Positions 1 to 7,763 of a stretch of DNA of 10,376 bases are shown here, one piece after another. Under the pieces are notes generated by a model, which did no database searches, was not told the origin of the DNA, and saw only the letters and a program-made list of their open reading frames with translations. The DNA is from a virus (Duplodnaviria; Heunggongvirae; Uroviricota; Caudoviricetes): IMG/VR virus record IMGVR_UViG_2778261657_000004. One strand, 5' to 3'. The translations under genes were made by a program, and so were the position numbers. Every line of letters starts with the position of its first letter. Within the stretch, counting starts at the first letter, position 1.

Positions 1-1236
1 CTACGATAACCGCGCATTCAACATGGCTACCTGTTCGTCGTTCATGTCATCAATCCACATACCGTAAATTTCATACACCATCTGCGCAGTTTCATGCCCC
101 ATCTGGCTGGCTATAAACGCCGGGTTCGCTCCTGCCGTCAACAGCCAGCAGGCAAAAGTATGCCGCGTATGGTACGGATTACGGCGGCGAATACCAGCAC
201 GTTTTACTGCTGCATTCCATCTCGCACCCAAACTGCTTACCGAGTAATAAGGTTTCTGTTTTCCGTTACACACTCTGGGCATGAAAACAAAATGTAGTTT
301 TTGCTTTTCGGTTCTGCCGTACTCCCGATGGTAAAAAGTGATTTCGCCTTTGCGATGATGCCCGGTCAGTTTGTATTGCTCCTTCAGTGCTTCAAGAGCA
401 GGCTGCAGTAGCGTTACTGTCCGGATCCCGGCATTTGTTTTTGGGGGACCGAACATATCAAGTATCGTCAGGTTTCTTCTGACATTCACTATTCCCTTCT
501 CGAGATCCACATCCTCCCACGCCAGAGCTGCCAGTTCCCCGTGACGAAGTCCTGAGTAAACGGCAAATTTCCACAAGTTCTGGCTCTGTCCTTTTTCACT
601 TTCCATTAATGCATTGAATTCTGTTTTAGATAACGGATCCGGCTTTATTCTGTTTCGCTGTAATTTTTTTACTCCTTCAAATGGTTTGGTTGATATAAAT
701 CCCGACTGATACGCAAAACGTAACAGCGAACAGAGCAGGGCGATATAGTTATCAACTGTGCGCACGGTTCTTCCTTTTTTGTTGGATCTTGGATTATCCA
801 GGTAAAGCGTTTCTCCATGCAGCAGTTCATTCCGGTAGTTTAGGATATCGCTATAACGAATATGTGATATCGGGGTACTTTCACAAATTATTATTCTGAG
901 TGTTTTTAATTGTGATTTCGTTTTCTTCATTGTGTTTGTTGTTAACTCTGTCTCTTTAATTTTTGTCCAGATAACACAAAGCTCCCCGAACGTTTTTATG
1001 ACTCTCGTTGTCACCATTTTTGCCCCAGTGCTGGACTGGGGAAAACGTCTTAAATACTCAAATTCACCGGAGTTTATTTCATGAACTATCAGCGCTCTTA
1101 AATTTCCGGCCTTTTTAATATTACTGTTTGTAATCTCCCAGCCTTTTAATGTTTCCCGACATCGTTTTCCTCGAAACATGAACCAGATGCGAATGTTTCT
1201 ACCTCTAATCTCGACACCTGTTGGTAATTTAGACAT
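1..1236 (-). CDS. intR: Tyrosine-type site-specific recombinase / prophage integrase (Rac IntR-like)
   Basis: 411-codon ORF, stop at 1-3, ATG at 1234-1236. C-terminal catalytic region has ...PYHTRHTFA... (H-x-x-R) and a terminal ...QMVYEIYGMW... tyrosine, typical of phage integrases. The N-terminus MSKLPTGVEIRGR... matches my recollection of Rac IntR. Confidence 0.93.
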   Translation of the reverse strand: MSKLPTGVEIRGRNIRIWFMFRGKRCRETLKGWEITNSNIKKAGNLRALIVHEINSGEFEYLRRFPQSSTGAKMVTTRVIKTFGELCVIWTKIKETELTTNTMKKTKSQLKTLRIIICESTPISHIRYSDILNYRNELLHGETLYLDNPRSNKKGRTVRTVDNYIALLCSLLRFAYQSGFISTKPFEGVKKLQRNRIKPDPLSKTEFNALMESEKGQSQNLWKFAVYSGLRHGELAALAWEDVDLEKGIVNVRRNLTILDMFGPPKTNAGIRTVTLLQPALEALKEQYKLTGHHRKGEITFYHREYGRTEKQKLHFVFMPRVCNGKQKPYYSVSSLGARWNAAVKRAGIRRRNPYHTRHTFACWLLTAGANPAFIASQMGHETAQMVYEIYGMWIDDMNDEQVAMLNARLS

Positions 1237-1237
1237 A

Positions 1238-1453
1238 TCATGAGTCTTTGATAAACTGATTTATCTTTGGATAGTTGTACCAGATAATCCCTCGTTTGCT
1301 GTCTGGCTTACCTAAAGGAGATACTCGTTTGAAGTGGAAGCCCTCCACCCAACAGTTCTGGCGGTATGCTTCAATTTGTCTGGCCCCCAGACCAGTGCGA
1401 AGCATCAGGCCGTATTCAACCATCCACTCTTCATTAAAGATTACTTGTGCCAT
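1238..1453 (-). CDS. xisR: Excisionase-like small protein (Rac YdaQ/XisR family), 71 aa from internal ATG
   Basis: Small ORF immediately upstream of int: its TGA stop (1238-1240) is 1 nt from the int ATG. The 71-aa length from Met at 1451-1453 ([10 protein letters not shown]...) fits Rac YdaQ. The ORF-track start at 1477 is a less likely N-terminal extension. Confidence 0.72.
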   Translation of the reverse strand: MAQVIFNEEWMVEYGLMLRTGLGARQIEAYRQNCWVEGFHFKRVSPLGKPDSKRGIIWYNYPKINQFIKDS

Positions 1454-1552
1454 CGCATCACCTCTGGCAGGCGCCAATGTTAGACTGAAATTGACGCCTG
1501 ATGTTGATTATTAATAATCAGCTATGAAGTTTTAATTTGAATACAATGCAAT

Positions 1553-1741
1553 TCACGAGGACTGAAGTTTCTCGCAATTAAAATTTATCAGTTTTACTTT
1601 CTGCTCTCTGGAAACGCCTGCTTCTTTTTTACCTGAGAGCATTTTTTCGCATTCTGATTTCGTTAGTTTAGATTTTGAATATCTTGTCCAGTTAGTAGGA
1701 GTGCCACCTTCCTTTTCAATTGTAGCGGTAATTTTATACAT
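1553..1741 (-). CDS. ydaC: Small prophage protein, YdaC-like (function unknown)
   Basis: ORF 1553..1813. Preferred start is the ATG at 1739-1741 (MYKITATIEKEGG...), preceded by GGAGG 5 nt upstream. This start overlaps the ralR stop in an ATGTATAA arrangement. Confidence 0.6.
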   Translation of the reverse strand: MYKITATIEKEGGTPTNWTRYSKSKLTKSECEKMLSGKKEAGVSREQKVKLINFNCEKLQSS

Positions 1742-1940
1742 GAACGCCTCCATTAATATTTTCAGTGGTTCGTTTATTCCATCTTTCGAGCGCTTCTTTT
1801 TCACTTCCACCATAGCCAGTTCGGGATTCGCATCCGTTGCATTTTGCCCGGTAATATCCTGAAATGTCTTTCACCGTTACTGATGGACAACCACAAAACG
1901 GACATGGTTTAACATCGTCATATCTCAAAGTTTTTGTCAT
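1734..1940 (-). CDS. ralR: Restriction alleviation protein RalR/Lar (reported as type I toxin, DNase)
   Basis: Translation MTKTLRYDDVKPCPFCGCPSVTVKDISGYYRAKCNGCESRTGYGGSEKEALERWNKRTT... has the Cys-rich CPFCGC...CNGC motif of the Lar/RalR family. It sits between ydaC and recT as in Rac. Confidence 0.85.
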   Translation of the reverse strand: MTKTLRYDDVKPCPFCGCPSVTVKDISGYYRAKCNGCESRTGYGGSEKEALERWNKRTTENINGGVHV

Positions 1941-1984
1941 AAAAACTATCTCACGTTGGCGGTGCATTACACCGCCAGGCTGGA

Positions 1985-2818
1985 TTATTCTTCTGGATTA
2001 TCGATTACACTGTATTCCCCGGCTATAACCGATATGTCGTCTGGATTAATTGTTTCCACCTCTTTTCCATCCATCGATACTGCACGCTGGATTTCAATAG
2101 ATACCGGCAGATACTTGAACAGTTTTCGTATCACTGTCTTTTTGGCCATGTCTTCAAAGTGTTCATCCCAGATGGACGACGCCCCTTTTGACGCTGCGTT
2201 TTTTGCCGCCTTGCTGTGTGTGTCGCGAACTTTTTCTACTTGTTTGCTGGTCATGACTTCAAACTGCACTCCTCCGTCTTTCAGTTTTGCAACAGCATAG
2301 ACATGGGTTATAGGGGCATCTTCGTTTTCACCGGGACGATGAACCAGTTTTTCATCAAGGCCAAGTTCATAGCTGAATTCATCACATTCACGGACAACAC
2401 GAGCTGACAGACTGATGATTTGACCTGATCGACGGGCAAGGTCGATCATGCCGCGATAACCGATGATCAGCTGTACGTTCTTCTTACCGTTTTTTGCTTT
2501 TCCGTTGCCGAACGGTAGCAGATATGCATGACCGAGGGCGCTACCTGGCTCAAGTCCGAGCTGTGAACACTGTACGATGGCACCGATAAAACTCGTCGAG
2601 TCACAGTTTCTTAGTTCCGGTACTTTACGGATTTCTGTTGTAGCAATGCGGATCATGCGTTCCGCTGTCATGTGACGTGGCAGAGCTGCTGCCAGTTGCG
2701 CTTTCATTGCCGGGCTGTTAATCACGCACAGCACATCCTTATCGTTAACTGCTGCTGGTGCACGGTTTCCCTGAGTTTTTTGCAGATCGGCTTTTGCGAT
2801 AGGTGGTTGCTTAGTCAT
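1985..2818 (-). CDS. recT: RecT single-strand annealing recombinase
   Basis: Translation from ATG at 2816-2818 ([24 protein letters not shown]...) matches RecT along its length, including ...[24 protein letters not shown]... and ...[17 protein letters not shown].... AGGAG lies 7 nt upstream, and the ATG is embedded in the last recE codons (AATGACTAA overlap). The ORF-track start at 2875 is rejected. Confidence 0.92.
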   Translation of the reverse strand: MTKQPPIAKADLQKTQGNRAPAAVNDKDVLCVINSPAMKAQLAAALPRHMTAERMIRIATTEIRKVPELRNCDSTSFIGAIVQCSQLGLEPGSALGHAYLLPFGNGKAKNGKKNVQLIIGYRGMIDLARRSGQIISLSARVVRECDEFSYELGLDEKLVHRPGENEDAPITHVYAVAKLKDGGVQFEVMTSKQVEKVRDTHSKAAKNAASKGASSIWDEHFEDMAKKTVIRKLFKYLPVSIEIQRAVSMDGKEVETINPDDISVIAGEYSVIDNPEE

Positions 2819-4040
2819 TTGCATACTCCTTAGCCCAGCGGGGCAGTGATAACGTCTTAATAGCTGGCCATTCATCGGTATTTAGGCAGTCAGCCAGGGT
2901 CCGCAGATTGCGGTGATATTCCTGCTGGCCTGCCAGTTTTGCTTCTTCGCCCATCATGAAAATCTCAACCGGATAACGTCCGCATTCAACAGTTGTGCTG
3001 GCAACCAGAAAAACGAAAGTTGGCTGCACACCAAACTGTGCTTCATAACCGTCACTGTAGAATGCATCCTGAACGTGATAGCGGTAGTCGTAATAAGCCA
3101 TTTTGAATCGTTGAATATCCGCTGTGGTTTTCACGTCCATGATCCAGTGAAATTCAGGAATAATTTTGTCCGGACGGCACCGACACAAAATTCCTGTTTC
3201 CGGATCTTCCCAGTAAATTGATGATTCAGCGTGTCCGGCGCTTTCAACAAGCCATTGCCCCAGCGGCAAAGCCATAACGCTTTGATACATGAGTTCAATT
3301 TTCCGGCCTTCTTCCGCAGTGATAACCGTTTTTCCTGTGCTTGCGCATTCCATCAGAAACGCTTTCTCTTCTTCTTTTCCGGCGTTTGTACGGCGGTTAA
3401 ATTCAGGTGCTACGATAAAGCGGTTACTGAATTCTTCCGGTTCAAGTACCCGGCAGTGGAAAGCGGTTCCTAAATCGAGCGTTTTTGTCTTTGTAGTGTC
3501 CACGGGGGCATTTTTACGCCACAAATACAGTGCCGGAGTATCAGCAATGTCATCGAGCTGAGACTTACTGACACCGGGACCCGCGTGGTAATTCTCATTC
3601 GAAATTCCGTAATAAATACCTGGCTCTATGTCTTCTACGATTACGGGATCTGCGACTTCGCCAGTTTCATCACTGCAATCGCGATGCGGATCGCTGCCAG
3701 CATTCTCATTGTGCGGATGTTCAGCGCCTTCCATTTCCTCCGGATCTTTTTCCTTAGCTTCAACCTGATTCTCTTCACCGAATGTTTCCTGGTATGTTGC
3801 GTCGCCCATCACCGCACCACAGTCAGGGCAGTTATCCCCGCCAGTCTGACCGCAGGCATTGCAGACTATTTCCGGTTCCTGTTGCACTACTGGCTCAGGT
3901 TGTTTCGCATCCGGGCTGATTTTTTCCGTTTCTGGCTGGTTCTGGTACACAGAATCGCGAGTCTGGAGCCCCTTAACCCATTTCGGATCGTTCGGGTCGC
4001 TAATTCCGTCAACAAATTCACCACGTGATGCAGCAAGCAA
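2811..4040 (-). CDS. recE: Exodeoxyribonuclease VIII RecE, C-terminal portion only (5'-truncated; possible pseudogene). The frame stays open upstream to 4190 without a convincing start.
   Basis: The 409-aa ORF (TTG at 4038-4040) reads ...[30 protein letters not shown]... through to ...[13 protein letters not shown], which is the C-terminal half of RecE including the nuclease domain. The same frame continues upstream as ...[47 protein letters not shown] until a stop at 4191-4193, with no ATG and no Shine-Dalgarno. K-12 RecE is 866 aa, so roughly the first 400 codons are missing. Confidence 0.85.
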   Translation of the reverse strand: MLAASRGEFVDGISDPNDPKWVKGLQTRDSVYQNQPETEKISPDAKQPEPVVQQEPEIVCNACGQTGGDNCPDCGAVMGDATYQETFGEENQVEAKEKDPEEMEGAEHPHNENAGSDPHRDCSDETGEVADPVIVEDIEPGIYYGISNENYHAGPGVSKSQLDDIADTPALYLWRKNAPVDTTKTKTLDLGTAFHCRVLEPEEFSNRFIVAPEFNRRTNAGKEEEKAFLMECASTGKTVITAEEGRKIELMYQSVMALPLGQWLVESAGHAESSIYWEDPETGILCRCRPDKIIPEFHWIMDVKTTADIQRFKMAYYDYRYHVQDAFYSDGYEAQFGVQPTFVFLVASTTVECGRYPVEIFMMGEEAKLAGQQEYHRNLRTLADCLNTDEWPAIKTLSLPRWAKEYAND

Positions 4041-4169
4041 TTTATCGGCATCGACAGGATTTTTTGATGGAATGTTTTTCCGGGCTTCATGGAGTTCTGC
4101 CCGCAGTTCCTGATATTTCGCATCAACAGAATTTACCTGTGACTGAGCATCCAGCGGCTGCGTGTTCTG

Positions 4170-4298
4170 ATGATGTTCAGTTGGCCTAAATCACTTTCTG
4201 TTGCCATTGGTGGTGGGGTGGGGCTGATTGGTGTTGATGCTATTCGTGGTGCGGCAATGAGGGTCATCGGTAACAAGTTCGGTGCCCATAAGGAGTAA
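4170..4298 (+). pseudogene. Possible 3' remnant of a holin (S-like) gene abutting the endolysin
   Basis: Short frame [42 protein letters not shown] ending at TAA 4296-4298, 3 nt before the endolysin ATG, in the position a holin normally occupies. It has one hydrophobic stretch followed by a charged tail. Its 5' part overlaps the recE frame, so it cannot be complete. Identity as a holin is not verified. Confidence 0.25.
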
Positions 4299-4301
4299 TT
4301 A

Positions 4302-4778
4302 ATGCAGACACTTAATTCCCAGCGTAAAGCTTTCCTTGATATGGTGGCATGGTCAGAAGGAACAGATAACGGACGGCAGAAAACCAGAAATCACGGTTAT
4401 GATGTTATTGTCGGTGGCGAACTGTTCACTGATTACTCCGATCACCCCCGCAAACTTGTCACGCTAAATCCGAAACTCAAATCAACAGCCGCTGGACGTT
4501 ACCAGCTTCTTTCACGCTGGTGGGATGCCTACCGCAAGCAACTTGGCCTGAAAGATTTTTCTCCAGAAAGTCAGGATGCTGTAGCGCTGCAGCAGATTAA
4601 AGAGCGTGGCGCTTTGCCGATGATTGATCGCGGTGATATCCGTCAGGCTATCGACCGTTGCAGCAATATATGGGCTTCACTGCCGGGCGCTGGTTATGGT
4701 CAGTTCGAGCATAAGGCTGACAGTCTGATTGCAAAATTCAAAGAAGCTGGCGGAACGGTCAGAGAGATTGAGGTATGA
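4302..4778 (+). CDS. R: Phage endolysin, lambda R-type lytic transglycosylase
   Basis: 158-aa translation [53 protein letters not shown]... is near-identical to lambda R as I recall it, including the catalytic Glu in AWSEGTD. AGGAG at 4291-4295 sits 6 nt upstream of the ATG. The TGA stop overlaps the Rz ATG (ATGA). Confidence 0.95.
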   Translation: MQTLNSQRKAFLDMVAWSEGTDNGRQKTRNHGYDVIVGGELFTDYSDHPRKLVTLNPKLKSTAAGRYQLLSRWWDAYRKQLGLKDFSPESQDAVALQQIKERGALPMIDRGDIRQAIDRCSNIWASLPGAGYGQFEHKADSLIAKFKEAGGTVREIEV

Positions 4779-5239
4779 GCAGAGTAACCGCGATTATCTC
4801 CGCTCTGGTTATCTGCATCGTCGTCTGCCTGTCATGGGGTGTTAATCATTACCGTGATAACGCCATCGCCTACAAAGAACAGCGCGACAAAAATGCCAGA
4901 GAACTGAAGCTGGCGAACGCGGCAATTACTGACATGCAGATGCGTCAGCGTGATGTTGCTGCGCTCGATGCAAAATACACGAAGGAGTTAGCTGATGCGA
5001 AAGCTGAAAATGATGCTCTGCGTGATGATGTTGCCGCTGGTCGTCGTCGGTTGCACATCAAAGCAGTCTGTCAGTCAGTGCGTGAAGCCACCACCGCCTC
5101 CGGCGTGGATAATGCAGCCTCCCCCCGACTGGCAGACACCGCTGAACGGGATTATTTCACCCTCCGGGAACGACTGGTAATGATGCAGGCCCAACTTGAA
5201 GGTGCTCAGCAATACATAACCGAGCAGTGTTTAAAGTAA
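4775..5239 (+). CDS. rzpR: Spanin inner-membrane subunit Rz (i-spanin)
   Basis: 154-aa translation [21 protein letters not shown]... has an N-terminal transmembrane helix followed by a charged coiled-coil-like region, as in lambda Rz. Its start overlaps the R stop. Confidence 0.9.
   Translation: MSRVTAIISALVICIVVCLSWGVNHYRDNAIAYKEQRDKNARELKLANAAITDMQMRQRDVAALDAKYTKELADAKAENDALRDDVAAGRRRLHIKAVCQSVREATTASGVDNAASPRLADTAERDYFTLRERLVMMQAQLEGAQQYITEQCLK
4995..5180 (+). CDS. rzoR: Spanin outer-membrane lipoprotein subunit Rz1 (o-spanin), embedded in the +1 frame of Rz
   Basis: 61-aa translation [24 protein letters not shown]...[15 protein letters not shown] has a lipoprotein signal peptide with lipobox LVVVGC and a Pro-rich mature part. 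GAAGGAG sits 7 nt upstream of the ATG. It lies wholly inside Rz, as lambda Rz1 does. Confidence 0.87.
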   Translation: MRKLKMMLCVMMLPLVVVGCTSKQSVSQCVKPPPPPAWIMQPPPDWQTPLNGIISPSGNDW

Positions 5240-5289
5240 AATCTTAACTACAATATGATTCATTTTGATGATTGTTTCATAAGGAACAG

Positions 5290-5376
5290 TGAAGTAAGAT
5301 CTAAGAGGAGTTAAATTTTATACAGTATAATCATAATATTGCAGCAAGGTGGTTATAATTGAAAGAATATTTAGAT
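5290..5376 (+). promoter_or_regulatory. AT-rich trkG upstream region with several -10-like hexamers and an SD (promoter not resolved)
   Basis: TATAAT at 5326-5331 and 5354-5359, CATAAT at 5332-5337, and AAGGTGG at 5346-5352. No convincing -35 at 17-bp spacing was found by eye, so the exact promoter is unassigned. Confidence 0.25.
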
Positions 5377-6834
5377 ATGAATACATCTCATGTAAGAGTT
5401 GTTACTCATATGTGTGGGTTCCTGGTTTGGCTCTATAGTCTTTCAATGTTGCCACCAATGGTTGTAGCATTGTTTTATAAAGAAAAAAGCCTGTTCGTTT
5501 TCTTAATAACTTTCGTTATATTTTTTTGCATTGGTGGCGGAGCGTGGTATACAACTAAGAAATCTGGCATTCAATTACGTACCCGTGATGGGTTTATTAT
5601 AATTGTAATGTTTTGGATTTTGTTTTCTGTTATTAGTGCATTCCCTTTATGGATTGACTCAGAACTTAATTTAACGTTCATTGATGCTCTGTTTGAAGGG
5701 GTTTCTGGAATAACAACAACAGGAGCAACTGTAATTGATGATGTTAGTTCATTACCTCGGGCATATTTGTACTATCGGTCACAGTTAAATTTTATAGGTG
5801 GTTTAGGAGTTATTGTTCTGGCGGTTGCTGTATTGCCATTATTGGGTATTGGTGGTGCAAAGCTTTATCAGTCAGAAATGCCGGGGCCATTTAAGGATGA
5901 CAAACTCACTCCCCGCCTGGCCGATACGTCACGGACACTGTGGATAACTTATTCTTTATTAGGTATTGCTTGTATTGTCTGTTATAGACTTGCAGGAATG
6001 CCTTTGTTTGATGCTATTTGTCACGGGATTTCCACAGTTTCGCTTGGTGGTTTCTCAACTCATAGCGAGAGTATCGGATATTTTAATAACTATTTGGTTG
6101 AGCTGGTGGCTGGTTCTTTTTCCCTGCTATCGGCTTTCAACTTCACTCTTTGGTATATTGTTATTAGCAGGAAAACGATAAAACCTTTAATCAGAGATAT
6201 TGAACTTCGTTTCTTTCTGTTAATAGCCTTAGGGGTGATCATTGTTACCTCTTTCCAGGTCTGGCATATAGGTATGTATGACTTGCATGGAAGTTTTATT
6301 CATTCGTTTTTTCTTGCCAGCTCCATGCTCACTGATAATGGTTTAGCTACGCAGGATTATGCAAGTTGGCCCACGCACACGATAGTGTTTTTGCTGTTGT
6401 CAAGTTTCTTTGGGGGATGTATAGGTTCAACTTGTGGTGGAATTAAGTCACTTCGATTTCTTATACTTTTCAAACAAAGCAAACACGAGATAAATCAGCT
6501 TTCTCATCCCAGAGCGTTGTTGAGTGTAAATGTAGGAGGGAAGATAGTTACAGATCGTGTAATGAGGTCTGTATGGAGTTTCTTTTTTCTTTATACTCTC
6601 TTCACGGTGTTTTTTATACTGGTGTTAAATGGTATGGGATATGATTTTCTTACATCATTTGCAACAGTGGCTGCATGTATTAATAATATGGGATTAGGTT
6701 TTGGGGCTACTGCATCGTCATTCGGAGTGCTTAATGACATTGCAAAATGTTTAATGTGCATAGCTATGATTCTTGGTCGCCTTGAAATTTATCCTGTTAT
6801 TATATTGTTTTCAGGTTTTTTTTGGCGCTCCTAA
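5377..6834 (+). CDS. trkG: Potassium uptake protein TrkG (Trk-system membrane subunit)
   Basis: 485-aa translation from ATG 5377 (MNTSHVRVVTHMCGFLVWLYSLSMLPP...) is a polytopic membrane protein matching TrkG as I recall it. The coding sequence is visibly AT-rich relative to its neighbours. An alternative TTG start at 5359 has the AAGGTGG SD 6 nt upstream. Confidence 0.94.
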   Translation: MNTSHVRVVTHMCGFLVWLYSLSMLPPMVVALFYKEKSLFVFLITFVIFFCIGGGAWYTTKKSGIQLRTRDGFIIIVMFWILFSVISAFPLWIDSELNLTFIDALFEGVSGITTTGATVIDDVSSLPRAYLYYRSQLNFIGGLGVIVLAVAVLPLLGIGGAKLYQSEMPGPFKDDKLTPRLADTSRTLWITYSLLGIACIVCYRLAGMPLFDAICHGISTVSLGGFSTHSESIGYFNNYLVELVAGSFSLLSAFNFTLWYIVISRKTIKPLIRDIELRFFLLIALGVIIVTSFQVWHIGMYDLHGSFIHSFFLASSMLTDNGLATQDYASWPTHTIVFLLLSSFFGGCIGSTCGGIKSLRFLILFKQSKHEINQLSHPRALLSVNVGGKIVTDRVMRSVWSFFFLYTLFTVFFILVLNGMGYDFLTSFATVAACINNMGLGFGATASSFGVLNDIAKCLMCIAMILGRLEIYPVIILFSGFFWRS

Positions 6835-6920
6835 TATATGGCTGATTTATAATTGTGAGTTTAATATTATGTTGACTCACTCATTGATCCAATACCTAAC
6901 TTTACCAGCAACACCTCCGT

Positions 6921-6958
6921 CCCCAGTAGCACTGGCTGCTGGGGTGCGTTTTATTCAT
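6921..6958 (+). terminator. Candidate rho-independent terminator downstream of trkG
   Basis: Inverted repeat CCCCAGTAGC (6921-6930) / GCTGCTGGGG (6935-6944) forms a 10-bp stem with one G-U wobble around loop ACTG, followed by TGCGTTTTATT. The T-tract is short and separated from the stem by 4 nt, so this is moderate at best. Confidence 0.35.
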
Positions 6959-6971
6959 AAAGCAAGGCTGT

Positions 6972-7763
6972 ATGAGCGAGAAATTAAAGATAGTCTATCG
7001 CCCATTACAAGAATTGTCACCGTATGCGCACAACGCCAGGACGCACAGTACTGAGCAGGTGGCACAACTGGAAGAAAGTATTAAGCAATTCGGCTGGACT
7101 AATCCGGTGCTGATTGACGAAAAGGGCGAAATTATTGCGGGTCACGGTCGTGTTATGGCGGCTGAAATGCTCAAAATGGATTCTGTTCCGGTCATTGTTC
7201 TGTCTGGCCTGACGGATGAGCAGAAAAAGGCGTACCGCCTGGCAGATAATCGCCTGCCGATGAATGCTGGCTGGGGTGAAGATCTGTTGCGGATGGAGCT
7301 GTCGGACCTAATCAATGCTGATTTTGATGTCTCCCTGACAGGCTTCATCCCGACAGAAATTGATGAACTGTTGACGGATGTTTTGCCCGGTACAGGAAAT
7401 GAGGAGGAGCCGTATACGACGAAAATTGATACGCCTGTTTATGAGCCGTCGGGCGGTAAACCGGATATCAGTGAACTGTACGACGATACGAAAACTCAGG
7501 AGCTGATCAGCCGGATACGTTCGGCGTCCCTTGAGCCTGATATTGAGAAATTCCTCCTGTGTGCGGCAGAACGTCACACGGTGTTTAATTTCAGCAGAAT
7601 TGCGGACTATTACGCTCACGCCCCCGCTGAAATTCAGTGTTTTTTCGAGGAGTCGGCGCTGGTGATCATTGATTATCAGCAGGCTATTGAAAATGGATTT
7701 GTCCGGATGACGCAGCGCATGGTGGAGATCATGCATGGTGGTGAGGAGGAGGAATATGCGTGA
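6972..7763 (+). CDS. ynaK: ParB-like nuclease-domain (ParB/Sulfiredoxin superfamily) protein, 263 aa; full-length relative of short Rac YnaK
   Basis: N-terminal region KIVYRPLQELSPYAHNARTHSTEQVAQLEESIKQFGWTNPVLIDEKGEIIAGHGRVMAA has the ParB N-terminal domain pattern (GxGR variant of the GERR box). The C-terminal ~150 aa are acidic with no domain I can assign, ending ...HGGEEEEYA. K-12 YnaK is, as I recall, only ~87 aa. Confidence 0.82.
   Translation: MSEKLKIVYRPLQELSPYAHNARTHSTEQVAQLEESIKQFGWTNPVLIDEKGEIIAGHGRVMAAEMLKMDSVPVIVLSGLTDEQKKAYRLADNRLPMNAGWGEDLLRMELSDLINADFDVSLTGFIPTEIDELLTDVLPGTGNEEEPYTTKIDTPVYEPSGGKPDISELYDDTKTQELISRIRSASLEPDIEKFLLCAAERHTVFNFSRIADYYAHAPAEIQCFFEESALVIIDYQQAIENGFVRMTQRMVEIMHGGEEEEYA

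Noticed and set aside
94-297. 67-aa plus-strand ORF antisense to the integrase (also 1275..1514 antisense to xis)
   Set aside because: Lies entirely inside well-supported genes on the opposite strand, with no RBS and no recognisable protein features; typical shadow ORF.
1742-1967. Longer ORF-track starts for ydaC (1813), ralR (1967) and xis (1477)
   Set aside because: Internal ATGs give the lengths and N-termini expected for these small Rac proteins and have better RBS context. The longer versions would create 80-nt overlaps between ralR and ydaC.
2819-2875. N-terminal extension of recT to the ATG at 2873-2875 ([19 protein letters not shown]...)
   Set aside because: The extension lies inside the recE coding region in another frame. 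The ATG at 2816-2818 has an AGGAG RBS and gives the canonical RecT N-terminus MTKQPP.
1956-4126. Cluster of plus- and minus-strand ORFs (1956..2300, 2216..2407, 2913..3221, 3231..3473, 3289..3561, 3585..4028, 3859..4113 on plus; 3887..4126 on minus) overlapping recT and recE
   Set aside because: All lie antisense or out of frame inside the long, well-supported recT and recE frames; low-complexity translations; no RBS support.
5966-7054. ORFs 5966..6181 and 6773..7054 on the plus strand
   Set aside because: The first is an alternative frame inside trkG. The second spans the trkG 3' end, the intergenic hairpin and the ParB-like gene start in a different frame; no coding support.
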